From positions 19,411-83,410 of the IMG/VR virus record IMGVR_UViG_2684623128_000006: a stretch of 64,000 nucleotides of DNA. One strand, 5' to 3'. This document shows positions 28,037-38,175 of the stretch, one piece after another. The notes beneath the pieces are model-generated. The model was not told where the DNA came from and searched no databases. It saw nothing but the letters and a program-made list of their open reading frames with translations. The DNA is from a virus. Its lineage: Duplodnaviria > Caudoviricetes. Position numbers and translations under genes: made by a program. Within the stretch, counting starts at the first letter, position 1. Each line of letters opens with the position of its first letter.

Positions 28037-28665
28037 GACTTTGCCGCCTCTAATTGTGCTTCAAGTTCTTTGGTTTCTTGCTTCTCTTGCTCTAATGCAG
28101 TTTCGAGATCTGCTATGCGGCGTTGTTCTTCTTCCAACTTAGTGCGAACGCTATCCCGAGCGGCTAGGGCATTGGTGTAATTGGACTGAGCGACTTGTTC
28201 AGCCGCTTTGGCTTCTTCAAGTCGCTTAGCAATAGAACGTGTAGCTGGTTGAATGTCTGAGGTGTCTTTAACGGCTTTAGCCGCTTTACGTGCAACTTGC
28301 TTGTCAAACTTGCTTTGGTTGCGCTTCATTAGGCGAACCATTTCACGCGCAAGCTCGCGCTCGTTCTTCACGCTAGGGATAGGCTGTTTAGTGCTGTTGA
28401 GTGTCATTTGGAAAATATCACCCTCATCACCAATAAACAGCGTCATTGACTGGCCATTATCAAAGAATAACTTGGCGCGTTTAACTGTCTCGCCGTCTCG
28501 TCTCGTTCTCTTGTTCGAGGCTTCTACGTCTGTAACAGTCGCACCAGCTTGTTTTAACGCAGTGATCAGACTCTTAAGGCCGCGTTCGGTCACGTTGTCA
28601 AAATCGACCACCACATAGTTATGTGACTGGTCTAGTGCAAACTTACTGTTGTTACGCAATTTCAA
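28033..28665 (-). CDS. hdf: Hdf-like protein
   Basis: DarA-N paralog (FDNGQSMTLFI..GDIFQ) plus coiled coil, directly upstream of darA. Confidence 0.8.
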   Translation of the reverse strand: MKLRNNSKFALDQSHNYVVVDFDNVTERGLKSLITALKQAGATVTDVEASNKRTRRDGETVKRAKLFFDNGQSMTLFIGDEGDIFQMTLNSTKQPIPSVKNERELAREMVRLMKRNQSKFDKQVARKAAKAVKDTSDIQPATRSIAKRLEEAKAAEQVAQSNYTNALAARDSVRTKLEEEQRRIADLETALEQEKQETKELEAQLEAAKS

Positions 28666-29065
28666 ATTCCTCTGAATATGTCGTACAGGTAGGAAAGATT
28701 TTGTACAGCGGATTGATTAGGGAACAGGAGCGCTCAATCTTAACGTCCAGAATCCACTCGCCATGCAGCTTTTCCCCCGCTTCGAGTTCGAGTAACTTGC
28801 GATCGAACGTCAGGTATTCGCTGTTATGTCCGGCGTGTGAAAAGTCGAGCTTACGTGTGCGAGTAATGACGGCTTTTGGTCGTTTTTTACTGCGCAACGA
28901 ATAGGTTAAAGTCCCACTCGTTATGGCTCGCTGAGATTGATAACCAAGAACGAATCGAATCACATCGGGATCGTCCATCTGGTTTGCATGCAGTATTTTT
29001 ACTGCGTTTCGTTTAAGCAAAAATCGGTCAGCAATGGCTAGGCCAATTACTGCAAATTCCATCAT
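28652..29065 (-). CDS. lydB: LydB-like antiholin/lysis determinant
   Basis: Position between lydA and hdf; N-terminal hydrophobic stretch. Confidence 0.55.
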   Translation of the reverse strand: MMEFAVIGLAIADRFLLKRNAVKILHANQMDDPDVIRFVLGYQSQRAITSGTLTYSLRSKKRPKAVITRTRKLDFSHAGHNSEYLTFDRKLLELEAGEKLHGEWILDVKIERSCSLINPLYKIFPTCTTYSEEFEIA

Positions 29066-29385
29066 TTGCCTTGCCCTCCGGTATTAAAAAATCTCGCTAA
29101 CATTTGGCTAGCCAGCTTGCGGATAAAGTTGATCGAGTCTGCTCCGTTGTTCGACGCAATGAGGACAAGCGCGCTGGTATAACCAGCCTCCACACCCTCG
29201 CTTTCACACAAGTAAGCGACTATCAAACCGACCACCAACGCCAGCGTTAGCTCGGTTAAAAAATCAAGGAATCCACCAGCTAGACGTTGCTCGCGTATGC
29301 CTTGGAGATATGACCCAACACCACTGAGGACAGATAGAGCCAGTACGCTAATCGCAAAGCTCTCACCAACAACTGACACTGGCAT
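29062..29385 (-). CDS. lydA: LydA-like holin
   Basis: 107 aa, 2-3 TM segments, LSVLSGVGSYL..SNNG; first gene of the darA operon. Confidence 0.75.
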   Translation of the reverse strand: MPVSVVGESFAISVLALSVLSGVGSYLQGIREQRLAGGFLDFLTELTLALVVGLIVAYLCESEGVEAGYTSALVLIASNNGADSINFIRKLASQMLARFFNTGGQGK

Positions 29386-29524
29386 TAAATCCCCCTTTAG
29401 TATATTACCTAGCGAGTGTATTCGGAATGGTGGCTTTTGCTCAATAGACGGGCGTTACTTACTTTTGAATGGGTATTAAATAGGGCTGTTTTGCGGAAAA
29501 AAGTTAGATTTCAAGAGCCTATAT

Positions 29525-29639
29525 AAAAAAGAAGCCTCTCACCCAAAAGGCTGGTGAGAGGCTAATCCAAGCGTTTTGTTGCGCGGCAACGCATACAAAA
29601 CTTCCAATGAGGATAGTCGAGTCGAATCGATATTTGACG
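29525..29639 (-). ncRNA. candidate ~115-nt small RNA upstream of lydA
   Basis: Promoter TTGATG-16-TATAAT (29673-29646), internal hairpin, terminator AGCCTCTCACC..GGTGAGAGGCT plus T tail. Confidence 0.45.
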
Positions 29640-29684
29640 AGGAAGATTATATAAATATTGGTTTTCGCATCAATATGCGCCCAT

Positions 29685-29743
29685 GTTTTCGCATGCGAAA
29701 ACTTTAGGGGATGCCATGTTTTAAAGTTCTCGCATGCGAAAAC
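29685..29743. repeat. parS-like pair, 41-bp spacing
   Basis: Copies at 29685 and 29726, half-site at 29661. Confidence 0.75.
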
Positions 29744-29786
29744 TTTTGCAAAAAAAGGGACAGCATCGTGTCCCTTTGGTTGATGG

Positions 29787-32414
29787 TTATGGCTTGATGT
29801 AGCGGATCGAGAAATGCGAACCCTGAATAGGCGTGGATGCACCTCTGTCTAAGAATTGAATAAGCTCACCGTAGTATAATTTTCCTACCCATCGACAAGT
29901 CGTTGGCACGGCATCGAAGTCGTTGGAATCACTTTGAGCCTCCGCTATAATTTTATTGCTTTTGGCGATTGCAGAGTACACAGTCGATGAGTTTGAAGCA
30001 TTGCGGCGTCGTATCGCAGTCCATTCAATTTCGTAATACCCCTCAACACGAACATCAAAACCAGCAACCGGAGCGTTGTAGTTAATCAAATCAAACGGAT
30101 CGAGGAAGCATCCTATCCAATTCTTGAACTCCCATGTAATGCCATCTATCGTAAGATTGCCCTCTCTTAGCCCCGCATTACAGCCCAAGGCAACCTCTCC
30201 AGCGCGTGATGAAACACCCGCTAGTTTACTATCAACGTAGTCTTTACGTGCGAGAGAGTTACCAGCCGAGCTCTGAGGCGAACCTGCATATACATTGCCG
30301 TCCTTAATGTCTACATACTTACTGCGGCGGTTAGTGTAGAAGCGCATCCGACCCTCTGAGTTAGATAGGATCTGAATACCAGAACGGATATTGGTGCCAT
30401 CATAGTAAGAGGCTAACGCCCAATGCGCACTTGAACTATCTTTACAGTTGATACTGAATCCCGCACGGCCATTCGTCGCCCATGACGAATCCATAAAACT
30501 ATTATCCATACGAACGGCATCATTCGAACCACTCCAAGAACCCGCCGTAAACTCACCATCAGTACGAACCAGTGAGCTACCGAAAAAGATACCAGAAGTA
30601 AACTTTCCTAAATCATTGATGCGAAGCCAGTTGCCGTCTGTATTACGAAATGCAGCTCGCCCACCTAATGAAATGCTCTGATTGAGCATTACATCAATCC
30701 CTTTAGCAAAGGTGAACGAGGAGTAAGAGTAAAAGCCGCTGGTGGCCTCTGTCTCCATGTGGCACCAAGATGAATTACGAGAACCAATCCAAGTTTTCTT
30801 TGTAGAGTAATCAAGCTCTAAACCCTTTCCATCAACAGAGTTAATTGCCCCTAAGTCTTTATTGTAAGACGTATAGCTAGTGACCATTCGCCCTTTGACA
30901 ATACCCGCTGGCTGGCTTGCCCCCTTATTGCTAACGTATGGCGTTATGGTGTGACTACACATGTATCGAATAAGAATGTTCGTACTGTAGGCACTACGTG
31001 TTTTTACATAGATGGCGTAATTGTCACCGCTAGTATTTACCCAACCAAACTCACTAAAGGGTAAGCCGCTAGGATGGTCTGTAATAACCTGACCATTTAG
31101 ACCTTTAGGGTTTCCGTTACTGGCTCTCAGAATCATTTGATGTCGTGACGACTGATAGTGCAAGTCAGTGTTAAAGCCAGCACCACCAAAGAACTCAATA
31201 ACCGCAGTAGAGCTTGATTGAGGCATCGTTACATTGGCAACCAAACACCAAGAGTTGTCACTACCTAAAGAGGTGCGCACAACCTCTGTACGGTTAAACG
31301 CCTCTGTAACGACTTTATTCCCTTGTACTTCGATAGGGACACTGGAACTAAGCTTTGATCGAGTCAGGTCTAACTTGGCGTCCCCTCCATTATGAGCACC
31401 ACCCACCGCGATTTGAACGTAAGCATCCGACGAATTAGAACCGTTCGTTAAGTAAACCGCCCGACGATTACCAATCAACCCGTACCCGTCCAGCTTAACT
31501 TGCTCGCTCGATGGAACGTTATTACCAGCGCGAGTGCCTTGCACTTCAACACTACGATTCGAAGATACCGACTCTGTAGCGTTTAGGGAGCCGTATAGTG
31601 TTGATTCACCACCTTTGCGGATCTTTAATCGACTTGAAACGTCACTTTCTACAACCTCAAAGGTGCCATCGGTTTTCGTTTCAACATGAAAGCGCTTACC
31701 TGCATGACCTATGTGCAATTGAGAAACATCGGAACTGCCCTCATCAATGAGTAGGCCACCAGTCAATGTACCGCCTGACAGTTTTAGGTAGCGGCCATCG
31801 GCTTGCGCTTGAGTCATCTTTGAGGCTGCAAGGTCATACGCTTTCTTAACGGCACCTGCCGCCGCAAATTTCACATCGCTAGCATCATTAACCGCTGCTG
31901 TGAATGCGTAGTTCGGCACGTTTGATAGACCAACTTGAGCTTTCGTAACCTTGTGTGGGTTCGAGTTGTCTGATTTGTGTTGAGCAATGTTGGTTGTAAT
32001 GGCCGCTACCGCATCTTCTTGATCCATGAGCGCGTCACCAAGCTCTTTGATTGTATCGAGCGCTTCTGCTGGCGCACCACCAATCAAAGTACTAATACGG
32101 TTGTCAGTGTGGGTATTTGCGTTCGTCTCTGCTTGTTCTGCGCGGTCATAAGCTGCGTTACCGCGATTTAAACCCTCGATGCCTTTGTCGTATGCCTGTT
32201 TAACAGCACCAGCGGTCGCAAGTTTGCTGTTGGACGCATCTGTTACCGAGCTGGTGGCCGGATAGTTTGGTACGTTACCTAAGCCTACTTGTGCCTTTGT
32301 GACTCCGTGCGGGTTCGTTTTATTGCTAGCGTGTTCATCCACTTTTGTTGTGATTTCTTCACGCAATTTTCGAGCTGGACTACCACCAACTTGAGTCAAT
32401 TTTTTTAATGCCAT
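29787..32414 (-). CDS. tail fibre / receptor-binding protein
   Basis: NPHxVTKAQVGL repeats, AVKKAYDLA, SGGTLTGGL shaft motifs, beta-rich C-terminus. Confidence 0.85.
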   Translation of the reverse strand: MALKKLTQVGGSPARKLREEITTKVDEHASNKTNPHGVTKAQVGLGNVPNYPATSSVTDASNSKLATAGAVKQAYDKGIEGLNRGNAAYDRAEQAETNANTHTDNRISTLIGGAPAEALDTIKELGDALMDQEDAVAAITTNIAQHKSDNSNPHKVTKAQVGLSNVPNYAFTAAVNDASDVKFAAAGAVKKAYDLAASKMTQAQADGRYLKLSGGTLTGGLLIDEGSSDVSQLHIGHAGKRFHVETKTDGTFEVVESDVSSRLKIRKGGESTLYGSLNATESVSSNRSVEVQGTRAGNNVPSSEQVKLDGYGLIGNRRAVYLTNGSNSSDAYVQIAVGGAHNGGDAKLDLTRSKLSSSVPIEVQGNKVVTEAFNRTEVVRTSLGSDNSWCLVANVTMPQSSSTAVIEFFGGAGFNTDLHYQSSRHQMILRASNGNPKGLNGQVITDHPSGLPFSEFGWVNTSGDNYAIYVKTRSAYSTNILIRYMCSHTITPYVSNKGASQPAGIVKGRMVTSYTSYNKDLGAINSVDGKGLELDYSTKKTWIGSRNSSWCHMETEATSGFYSYSSFTFAKGIDVMLNQSISLGGRAAFRNTDGNWLRINDLGKFTSGIFFGSSLVRTDGEFTAGSWSGSNDAVRMDNSFMDSSWATNGRAGFSINCKDSSSAHWALASYYDGTNIRSGIQILSNSEGRMRFYTNRRSKYVDIKDGNVYAGSPQSSAGNSLARKDYVDSKLAGVSSRAGEVALGCNAGLREGNLTIDGITWEFKNWIGCFLDPFDLINYNAPVAGFDVRVEGYYEIEWTAIRRRNASNSSTVYSAIAKSNKIIAEAQSDSNDFDAVPTTCRWVGKLYYGELIQFLDRGASTPIQGSHFSIRYIKP

Positions 32415-32508
32415 TCAGAAATATGCCTTTCTCAATTCAATGACCAGCAACTCCGACAAAGCGCCGGAGCACATCGTTAATGGGGAAGTAGGAAAGGAAA
32501 GGTCATGT

Positions 32509-33627
32509 TTACTTGAAGCCGATAACCGTCACGATGTCGCCAGCTTGTAGCTGTTCACCGAACGTGATTGTGTTACCAGATAGACTCCATACACCTGCGT
32601 TCTGCATTACGCCGCAAACGCTTAGAACAAGGATTGCTGAGACTGTACCCGCAGGCAGAGCCACCGTAGTTGATGCAGATTCGACAGTAATATCCACCGT
32701 TCGGATCGCGTCTTTGATTGAGGCGCCTAGACTATCCTTGGTGGCATACTTACCGTCAGATTCCGCTTTGGTGTATGACGCGCCGCTAGCTGCTAGACCG
32801 CTACGCGCTTGTGAAATGATTTGCGATTTAGTGGTGTTCTCAAGCTTCGCTGCGTTAACGGCAGTTGCGCCAGCGTCTAGTGCGCCCACGTCTTCTGCGG
32901 TTAGCTCGACGTTTGCGCTTAGCGCGTGACCGTTGATGGTGCGAGTCTTTGGCACTGCATTCACAACGCGAGAGTCGTTACCCTGCATCACTGTGTTAGC
33001 GCTAGTGCCGAAGTTTTTGTTGAATGCTGTTTTTTTCTCAAACGCTGGTTCCGCGCCAACGTCAGTCGCTTCAAGCACTACGTTACCGCGCTGACCATTA
33101 ACCGACGAAACGGCGTCAGTCGGTGTTAATAGTTCTTGCCAGTTCGCTAGTGTGCTCGCTGGTTGGCGCATAAGAACGAATGATATACGCAGATCCGAAC
33201 GGATTGCCATATCACCCTCTTGCGCTGTAAGAGCAAGCATTTCCGCTTCTGACTTAACAGGGAACGTTTCTTTGATAGCGATAGCTGGCAATTGGCCTTG
33301 TGGGATCTTACCAGTGCTATCTAGTGTAGCCACACCCTCTGCAACGCCTTTCTTGTTGTTAGGGATGTAGTCGTGCGTGTGGCTTGCTGGCGCTGCGCCC
33401 ACATCTGAGTGAGTCAGAGTCACATCGCCCGTTAGTGGTTTGTTATTGATAGTGCGAGAAGTTGGGACAAGATTGGAGCGCGCTTCACTGACAACTTGTG
33501 CCTTGGTTTTCCCCTCTAGTTTTGATGAGTCTGTTGCGCGAGCGCCCGCTGGTAATGCACCAACGTCTTGCGCTGAAAGATCAGAAACAAGACGGTTGAT
33601 GCGAGTTAATTTGTTTTGTGTAGCCAT
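32509..33627 (-). CDS. tail fibre-associated/adaptor protein
   Basis: VPTSRTINNKPL, GVATLDSTGKIP, VSSVNGQRGNVVL fibre motifs. Confidence 0.75.
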   Translation of the reverse strand: MATQNKLTRINRLVSDLSAQDVGALPAGARATDSSKLEGKTKAQVVSEARSNLVPTSRTINNKPLTGDVTLTHSDVGAAPASHTHDYIPNNKKGVAEGVATLDSTGKIPQGQLPAIAIKETFPVKSEAEMLALTAQEGDMAIRSDLRISFVLMRQPASTLANWQELLTPTDAVSSVNGQRGNVVLEATDVGAEPAFEKKTAFNKNFGTSANTVMQGNDSRVVNAVPKTRTINGHALSANVELTAEDVGALDAGATAVNAAKLENTTKSQIISQARSGLAASGASYTKAESDGKYATKDSLGASIKDAIRTVDITVESASTTVALPAGTVSAILVLSVCGVMQNAGVWSLSGNTITFGEQLQAGDIVTVIGFK

Positions 33628-33698
33628 AAAAAATCCAATTTCGTTGTTAGTAAAAAGGGCATTTATGGGGAATAGGGCTAGGGGAATTTGAAAACTGA

Positions 33699-34958
33699 TT
33701 AGCCGACCAAGGTGATCTCCGTTCCTGCTGCAATTTCGTCAACAAACTGGATAACATCACCGTCCGGTGAGATGGTGTAAGCAATATCTTTTGATTGCTG
33801 CACACCCTGTAGGAACACCAGCTTAATCGCGCGTTCTTCAAAGACTGGTGGAACAGTGAAAGTATTCGACGTACTAGCGAAGTGGCTATGGAATACTTCC
33901 ATAGGCGCGCCAGCGATACCGCTGTTTATGATGGCTTCAAGGTTATCGATATGCTCTTGAAGCTCGGCAATGATAGAGCTTGAGCTTAGTGATGGGACAC
34001 CTAGAGTAATCACCACTTCATCACCCGTTTCAAGTGGTTCGGCTACTTCAACCTCATTAGTGTCTTTCAAGAATTGCCAAGCACTGTCTTTGGTCTGCAC
34101 GATACCTTGGATAGACAATGAATCTACTTCCGGCACTTCGTAAGGCAATGCGATTTTTGTTTCGCCACCAGACGCAATGTACGGCCAATGTTCAACCGAC
34201 TTGTTGTATGCAGCAGCAGCTTTGTCGTGAACCAACTTGATGGCTCTCGCAGTGGCGTAAAGCTGATCGTTATCTACGTTTATCTGACTGGTTGCGTCCC
34301 AGTTGTTTACCAAGCTAAGGCCAACTTGCGCTTTGGTTACATGGTGCGGGTTTTCACGGTCTGCGTAGTGCGCATTGGCTTCGGCGCGCATCGCATATTG
34401 CTTATGTGGATCGGGATGTGAAACGTGACCTTGTAGGTCATAACCGCCTTGTTCACGATCATCAAAGTTAAGGTGTTCACTTTTGAGTTGGGTAGCGCCA
34501 TCTGGCACGGTAGCGCGACACAATATCAAATGATGTTCTTCAACCGCTTCCTGCGGAAGCACCTTAATTTCGGACGCTTCAATGTCTGACGCTAAATCGA
34601 CTTGTTTTGTCTTTACGCCAAACTTATAGAACGCTTCGAGCACCACATAAGAAGTGGCACCAGCCGGAATCTCCACATCAACATCGTGTTGTTGTCGAAC
34701 GGTTAACACATAGTCGTCGCGCTCAACTAACGCCACGCCAAATTGTTCACCACTGCTCACACGCAGTTTCATTCCACCAGCCGGAGCACATTCAAAACCA
34801 CGGAAAATACCAGCGCGAACGATGCCGTAAAACTTACGGTTTAGGCTGTTACTGGCCAGTGGTTCTAGGTACTGCGTATCGGTGATAAGCGGTAGCGCTT
34901 GCCAGTCCGTTAGCAGTGGCGGGATGATGATCGTTTCTTCGAAGTTTGGGCGACTCAT
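33699..34958 (-). CDS. tail fibre anchor, P1 gpS constant-region-like
   Basis: LITDTQYLEPLASNSLNRKFYGIV resembles the P1 Sc N-terminus. Confidence 0.8.
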   Translation of the reverse strand: MSRPNFEETIIIPPLLTDWQALPLITDTQYLEPLASNSLNRKFYGIVRAGIFRGFECAPAGGMKLRVSSGEQFGVALVERDDYVLTVRQQHDVDVEIPAGATSYVVLEAFYKFGVKTKQVDLASDIEASEIKVLPQEAVEEHHLILCRATVPDGATQLKSEHLNFDDREQGGYDLQGHVSHPDPHKQYAMRAEANAHYADRENPHHVTKAQVGLSLVNNWDATSQINVDNDQLYATARAIKLVHDKAAAAYNKSVEHWPYIASGGETKIALPYEVPEVDSLSIQGIVQTKDSAWQFLKDTNEVEVAEPLETGDEVVITLGVPSLSSSSIIAELQEHIDNLEAIINSGIAGAPMEVFHSHFASTSNTFTVPPVFEERAIKLVFLQGVQQSKDIAYTISPDGDVIQFVDEIAAGTEITLVG

Positions 34959-35419
34959 TAGGCACCTACCTGCGCCAATTGAGCGCTATCCGTGCGAGCC
35001 GTGTTAATCACGATTTCTATCGATAGACCACGGTCAGAGTAGATCCAAACTGGTTGAGTGACAGCCACTAGAATCAGACCGCCGCTCGCATCTTTCACGC
35101 CGACGCAAGAGAACTGGTATTGTTCATCTTCTGCTAGCGTACCCGCTGGCAAGTTTGCCGTTATTACGATATTGCCGTTCACATAGGCGTAGTTCGCCTT
35201 AGAACGGTAAAACACGTTTTCAACGGTTGTCTTATCCAGTGGGATAGGCATGCAGCTAGGCTTGCCCTCAATTTCTTGGATAAGGTCAAAGCCCCATTCA
35301 AGATCGCCAAATTGGAAATAAGGCTCAGTACCATTGGTAGGCAACGACGACAAGGCGCGTTCGTCGTAATAACGGTTAAGCAGTTCACACTGCGATAGGA
35401 CTACTTTTTGTGTAAGCAC
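34958..35419 (-). CDS. tail fibre attachment protein, P1 gpR-like
   Basis: LLNRYYDERALSS resembles P1 R; syntenic. Confidence 0.7.
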   Translation of the reverse strand: MLTQKVVLSQCELLNRYYDERALSSLPTNGTEPYFQFGDLEWGFDLIQEIEGKPSCMPIPLDKTTVENVFYRSKANYAYVNGNIVITANLPAGTLAEDEQYQFSCVGVKDASGGLILVAVTQPVWIYSDRGLSIEIVINTARTDSAQLAQVGA

Positions 35420-35475
35420 CTTTACGACCTCGTATAAGTCGTGGCGCTTTAATGGGACGGGGAATAGGAATAGGG

Positions 35476-36315
35476 TTAATAGTACCGTCTATCAATGGAG
35501 ATCGCATCTAAGGGGATCGCATCCATTCTAGGTGTACCATACATAGGGCTAACAGGGCGTTCTTCCTGTGTCGTCGTTCCAGTCTGAACGAAATCCTGTT
35601 TATAGCTTGGTGTTGATTCTATATCGGTCGTGGTCTGTTTTCCAACCGTAACATGGTCAGAATAGTTAGGTATTTCCACCATATCCATGACTTCAAATTC
35701 AATAGAATACAATTGGCCATCTAAAACAATTCGTAATGGGATAAGAGGATGCACCACTCGCTTAATCTTCGCTTCGAATGCTCGAATGGCTTCCTCGGTA
35801 ATGCCGTCCTCACCTGCAATGTCGTTCAAAGGGATGCGAATAGCACCGCGACTGGTCAGGAAAAAGTCGCTCGGGTTTAGTCCGTTTTGCAGCTCCAACT
35901 CTGACTCGGGAACTAAGAACGTGCCGTATGGAAATCGCTCTTGGTCTACTGGCGCGTAGATTCGTTCCCACTTAACACGTAACCCTTTAAATTCACGCGC
36001 GAGCGTTGAGATAAGTGGATAAATGGTCTTTTTAAAGTGAATTTCGTCCTTACGCTGCATCACAACGTGTGGCAAGTCCTCATCGGCCACTTCGCCTAGT
36101 GGGAAGATTTTTCGCAGCTCTTTAATGTCTTCTAGCAGCGATTCTTTGTCCATTTCGTACAGTGAAGAACGCGCTTTAAGCTTTTCAATGTATGACTCTA
36201 CGTGAGTTTCAATTGACTCTGCGATCGCGCTTGCTAAATCTACCCAAGCGGTTTCCTTTTGACGCGCCTTGGTTAGCTGGCCAGATAGCCATTTTCTGAA
36301 GTCTCCAAATGCCAT
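35476..36315 (-). CDS. baseplate wedge protein, P1 gp16-like
   Basis: DEIHFK..IYAPVD..PYGT motifs. Confidence 0.8.
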   Translation of the reverse strand: MAFGDFRKWLSGQLTKARQKETAWVDLASAIAESIETHVESYIEKLKARSSLYEMDKESLLEDIKELRKIFPLGEVADEDLPHVVMQRKDEIHFKKTIYPLISTLAREFKGLRVKWERIYAPVDQERFPYGTFLVPESELELQNGLNPSDFFLTSRGAIRIPLNDIAGEDGITEEAIRAFEAKIKRVVHPLIPLRIVLDGQLYSIEFEVMDMVEIPNYSDHVTVGKQTTTDIESTPSYKQDFVQTGTTTQEERPVSPMYGTPRMDAIPLDAISIDRRYY

Positions 36316-36339
36316 GTTTTTCGCCTTATTGGTGTAAAA

Positions 36340-36428
36340 GTTTTCGCATGCGAAAACTATACGGGATGATGTTTCTTAAAGTTCTCGCATGCGAAAACAT
36401 CCGTGTCTTTCTTGCTCCGTGCGAAAAC
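36340..36428. repeat. parS-like pair (41-bp spacing) plus half-site
   Basis: Copies at 36340 and 36381; TGCGAAAAC at 36420. Confidence 0.75.
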
Positions 36429-36430
36429 TT

Positions 36431-37828
36431 CTATGAGTAATCGAAGTTCAGTTGAATGGTTGACGCATTCACATCTAAATAGTGGTAAGTATCAATCGGG
36501 ATGCGGTCAAGAATCCCAATAACTTCGACCTCAAACTCTTTAATGCCCAAAGTCACGTTGAGCTCTTGGATGACATCCCAAATTTGGTTTTTGGTAATGC
36601 GCTCATTGCGACTTGTCTGTTTGCCAAATTTCTCATCTAACGCATCGGCCAGTACCTTTGTCGCCCATTCTGGATTTGAACTTGGGTAAAGCTTACCTTT
36701 GACCGTCACGGTAAATGGCACGTCCTTACGCTCCACCAGCTTATAGCGCTCGTTATAGCCCTCTCGGCCAGCGAATAGAACTTGGATTTCCTGATTCAAA
36801 ATCTCGTCGGTTTTATCGGCAGAGTAAGCACAAATAAAGATCGTATTGATGTTGCGAACGTCCGGCGTTCCTGTGAGTTTTTCCTGCTCCGCTTCACCCC
36901 AAATCGACAACCAAGTAACACCAGAAATATTGCGCTTAACAAAGGTCATGTAATCCGAGTCCCACGCTATCTGCTCGTCATAGATTGGCGAGTAAAGGGC
37001 GTTGTTTCGGATTGATTCAATGTCTTCCGGCTCTGCACCGCCGATGACGCTGGTGGACGTTTTGATTGAGAGTTGGTCTTTATAGGCGCTTTGAATCCCC
37101 ATATCGATAAGCTCTAAAGGCTGCGCATCGAGTAGGGTAGTCACACCATTAGTCAGCCATAGCTCAAACTCAATTACATCACCTGTCGCTGGCGCGCGAC
37201 CGTTATTGTTGTTACCAAAACGAACGCCTAGCTGGTCGGTTGGCTTGTAATACTCCATGTAGGCTTTGGATTTGCCGTCCGTATTACGAAACTTAAAGAC
37301 GTGCGTCCATTCTTCTCCGTTCACGCGCACGATGATGTTATGAATACGCTTAGTCAGCTCTTGAGGGAACGCCACGGCCAACCAGTTTTTTCCTTCATCG
37401 ACCGTGTAGGTCATCTTGGACACTTCGAACTGTTGCACCTCTACTGCGGCGCTTTCTTGCGGCATAAGATCAATGGCTTCCATTAGCGTATAGCGCAATT
37501 GATTGTCAGCCACGCATTGGCTGTGTTTCGGCAAGGTAACGCGCTTTGTTCCAGTATTGGTCACTAGCGCACGGCCTTTCGATGGCGCTGCTTTTCGCCC
37601 TACATAGCCCTCAGTTTCAGCACCCGCCAAAATGGAGGTGCGTTTAGTGGCTAGCGTTAGGTAGGATTCTTGCAATGCACGGCTACTGATTGCTGCCATG
37701 CGTTCAACAATCTTGGCCACAAATAAGCAAAGGTAGTCAACGAACTGCGAACCAATATGACGCGACCACCAGCTTGAACCAGCAATCGCCTCGTTAAAGG
37801 TCTTTTTGACTTCTTCTAACTTGCTCAA
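36431..37828 (-). CDS. bplA: baseplate J-like wedge protein BplA
   Basis: LATKRTSILA, VRFGNNNNG, GGAEPEDIESIR baseplate-J motifs. Confidence 0.85.
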   Translation of the reverse strand: MSKLEEVKKTFNEAIAGSSWWSRHIGSQFVDYLCLFVAKIVERMAAISSRALQESYLTLATKRTSILAGAETEGYVGRKAAPSKGRALVTNTGTKRVTLPKHSQCVADNQLRYTLMEAIDLMPQESAAVEVQQFEVSKMTYTVDEGKNWLAVAFPQELTKRIHNIIVRVNGEEWTHVFKFRNTDGKSKAYMEYYKPTDQLGVRFGNNNNGRAPATGDVIEFELWLTNGVTTLLDAQPLELIDMGIQSAYKDQLSIKTSTSVIGGAEPEDIESIRNNALYSPIYDEQIAWDSDYMTFVKRNISGVTWLSIWGEAEQEKLTGTPDVRNINTIFICAYSADKTDEILNQEIQVLFAGREGYNERYKLVERKDVPFTVTVKGKLYPSSNPEWATKVLADALDEKFGKQTSRNERITKNQIWDVIQELNVTLGIKEFEVEVIGILDRIPIDTYHYLDVNASTIQLNFDYS

Positions 37829-38172
37829 AACGTAATACCTCTCTCCAACGTTTGACCGTTCACAACGATCGTCAATTTGTAGGCATCGATACCGTTCACG
37901 CTTGGTTCTACGGCAATGCCTTGAACCACCGCGTCTTTCACGTCAATTGGGAGGGTTAATAGGATTGAGTTTTCGATAGCTGCTGCTGTGGTTTCGTTTA
38001 TTGGTTCATGTTTGTATGCCCCTAATCTGTTGCCCCATTTTGGAGCGCCCCAAACTTGGCCTTGAGGTGTATCGAGCCATTCAGAGACGCGCGCAACGAT
38101 CGCGTGTTTCTCATCGGCAACCTTTACACCGTCAATATCGACCCGTAGTAAGTAATCAATTTCTTGGCTCAT
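37825..38172 (-). CDS. pmgA: baseplate sheath initiator (gp25-like), PmgA
   Basis: EWLDTPQGQVWGAPKWGN gp25-like motif; syntenic. Confidence 0.75.
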   Translation of the reverse strand: MSQEIDYLLRVDIDGVKVADEKHAIVARVSEWLDTPQGQVWGAPKWGNRLGAYKHEPINETTAAAIENSILLTLPIDVKDAVVQGIAVEPSVNGIDAYKLTIVVNGQTLERGITF

Positions 38173-38175
38173 CTA

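Noticed and set aside
29400-34958. Cin/cix invertible tail-fibre segment
   Set aside because: No serine invertase, no inverted fibre copy and no cix-like inverted repeats recognised
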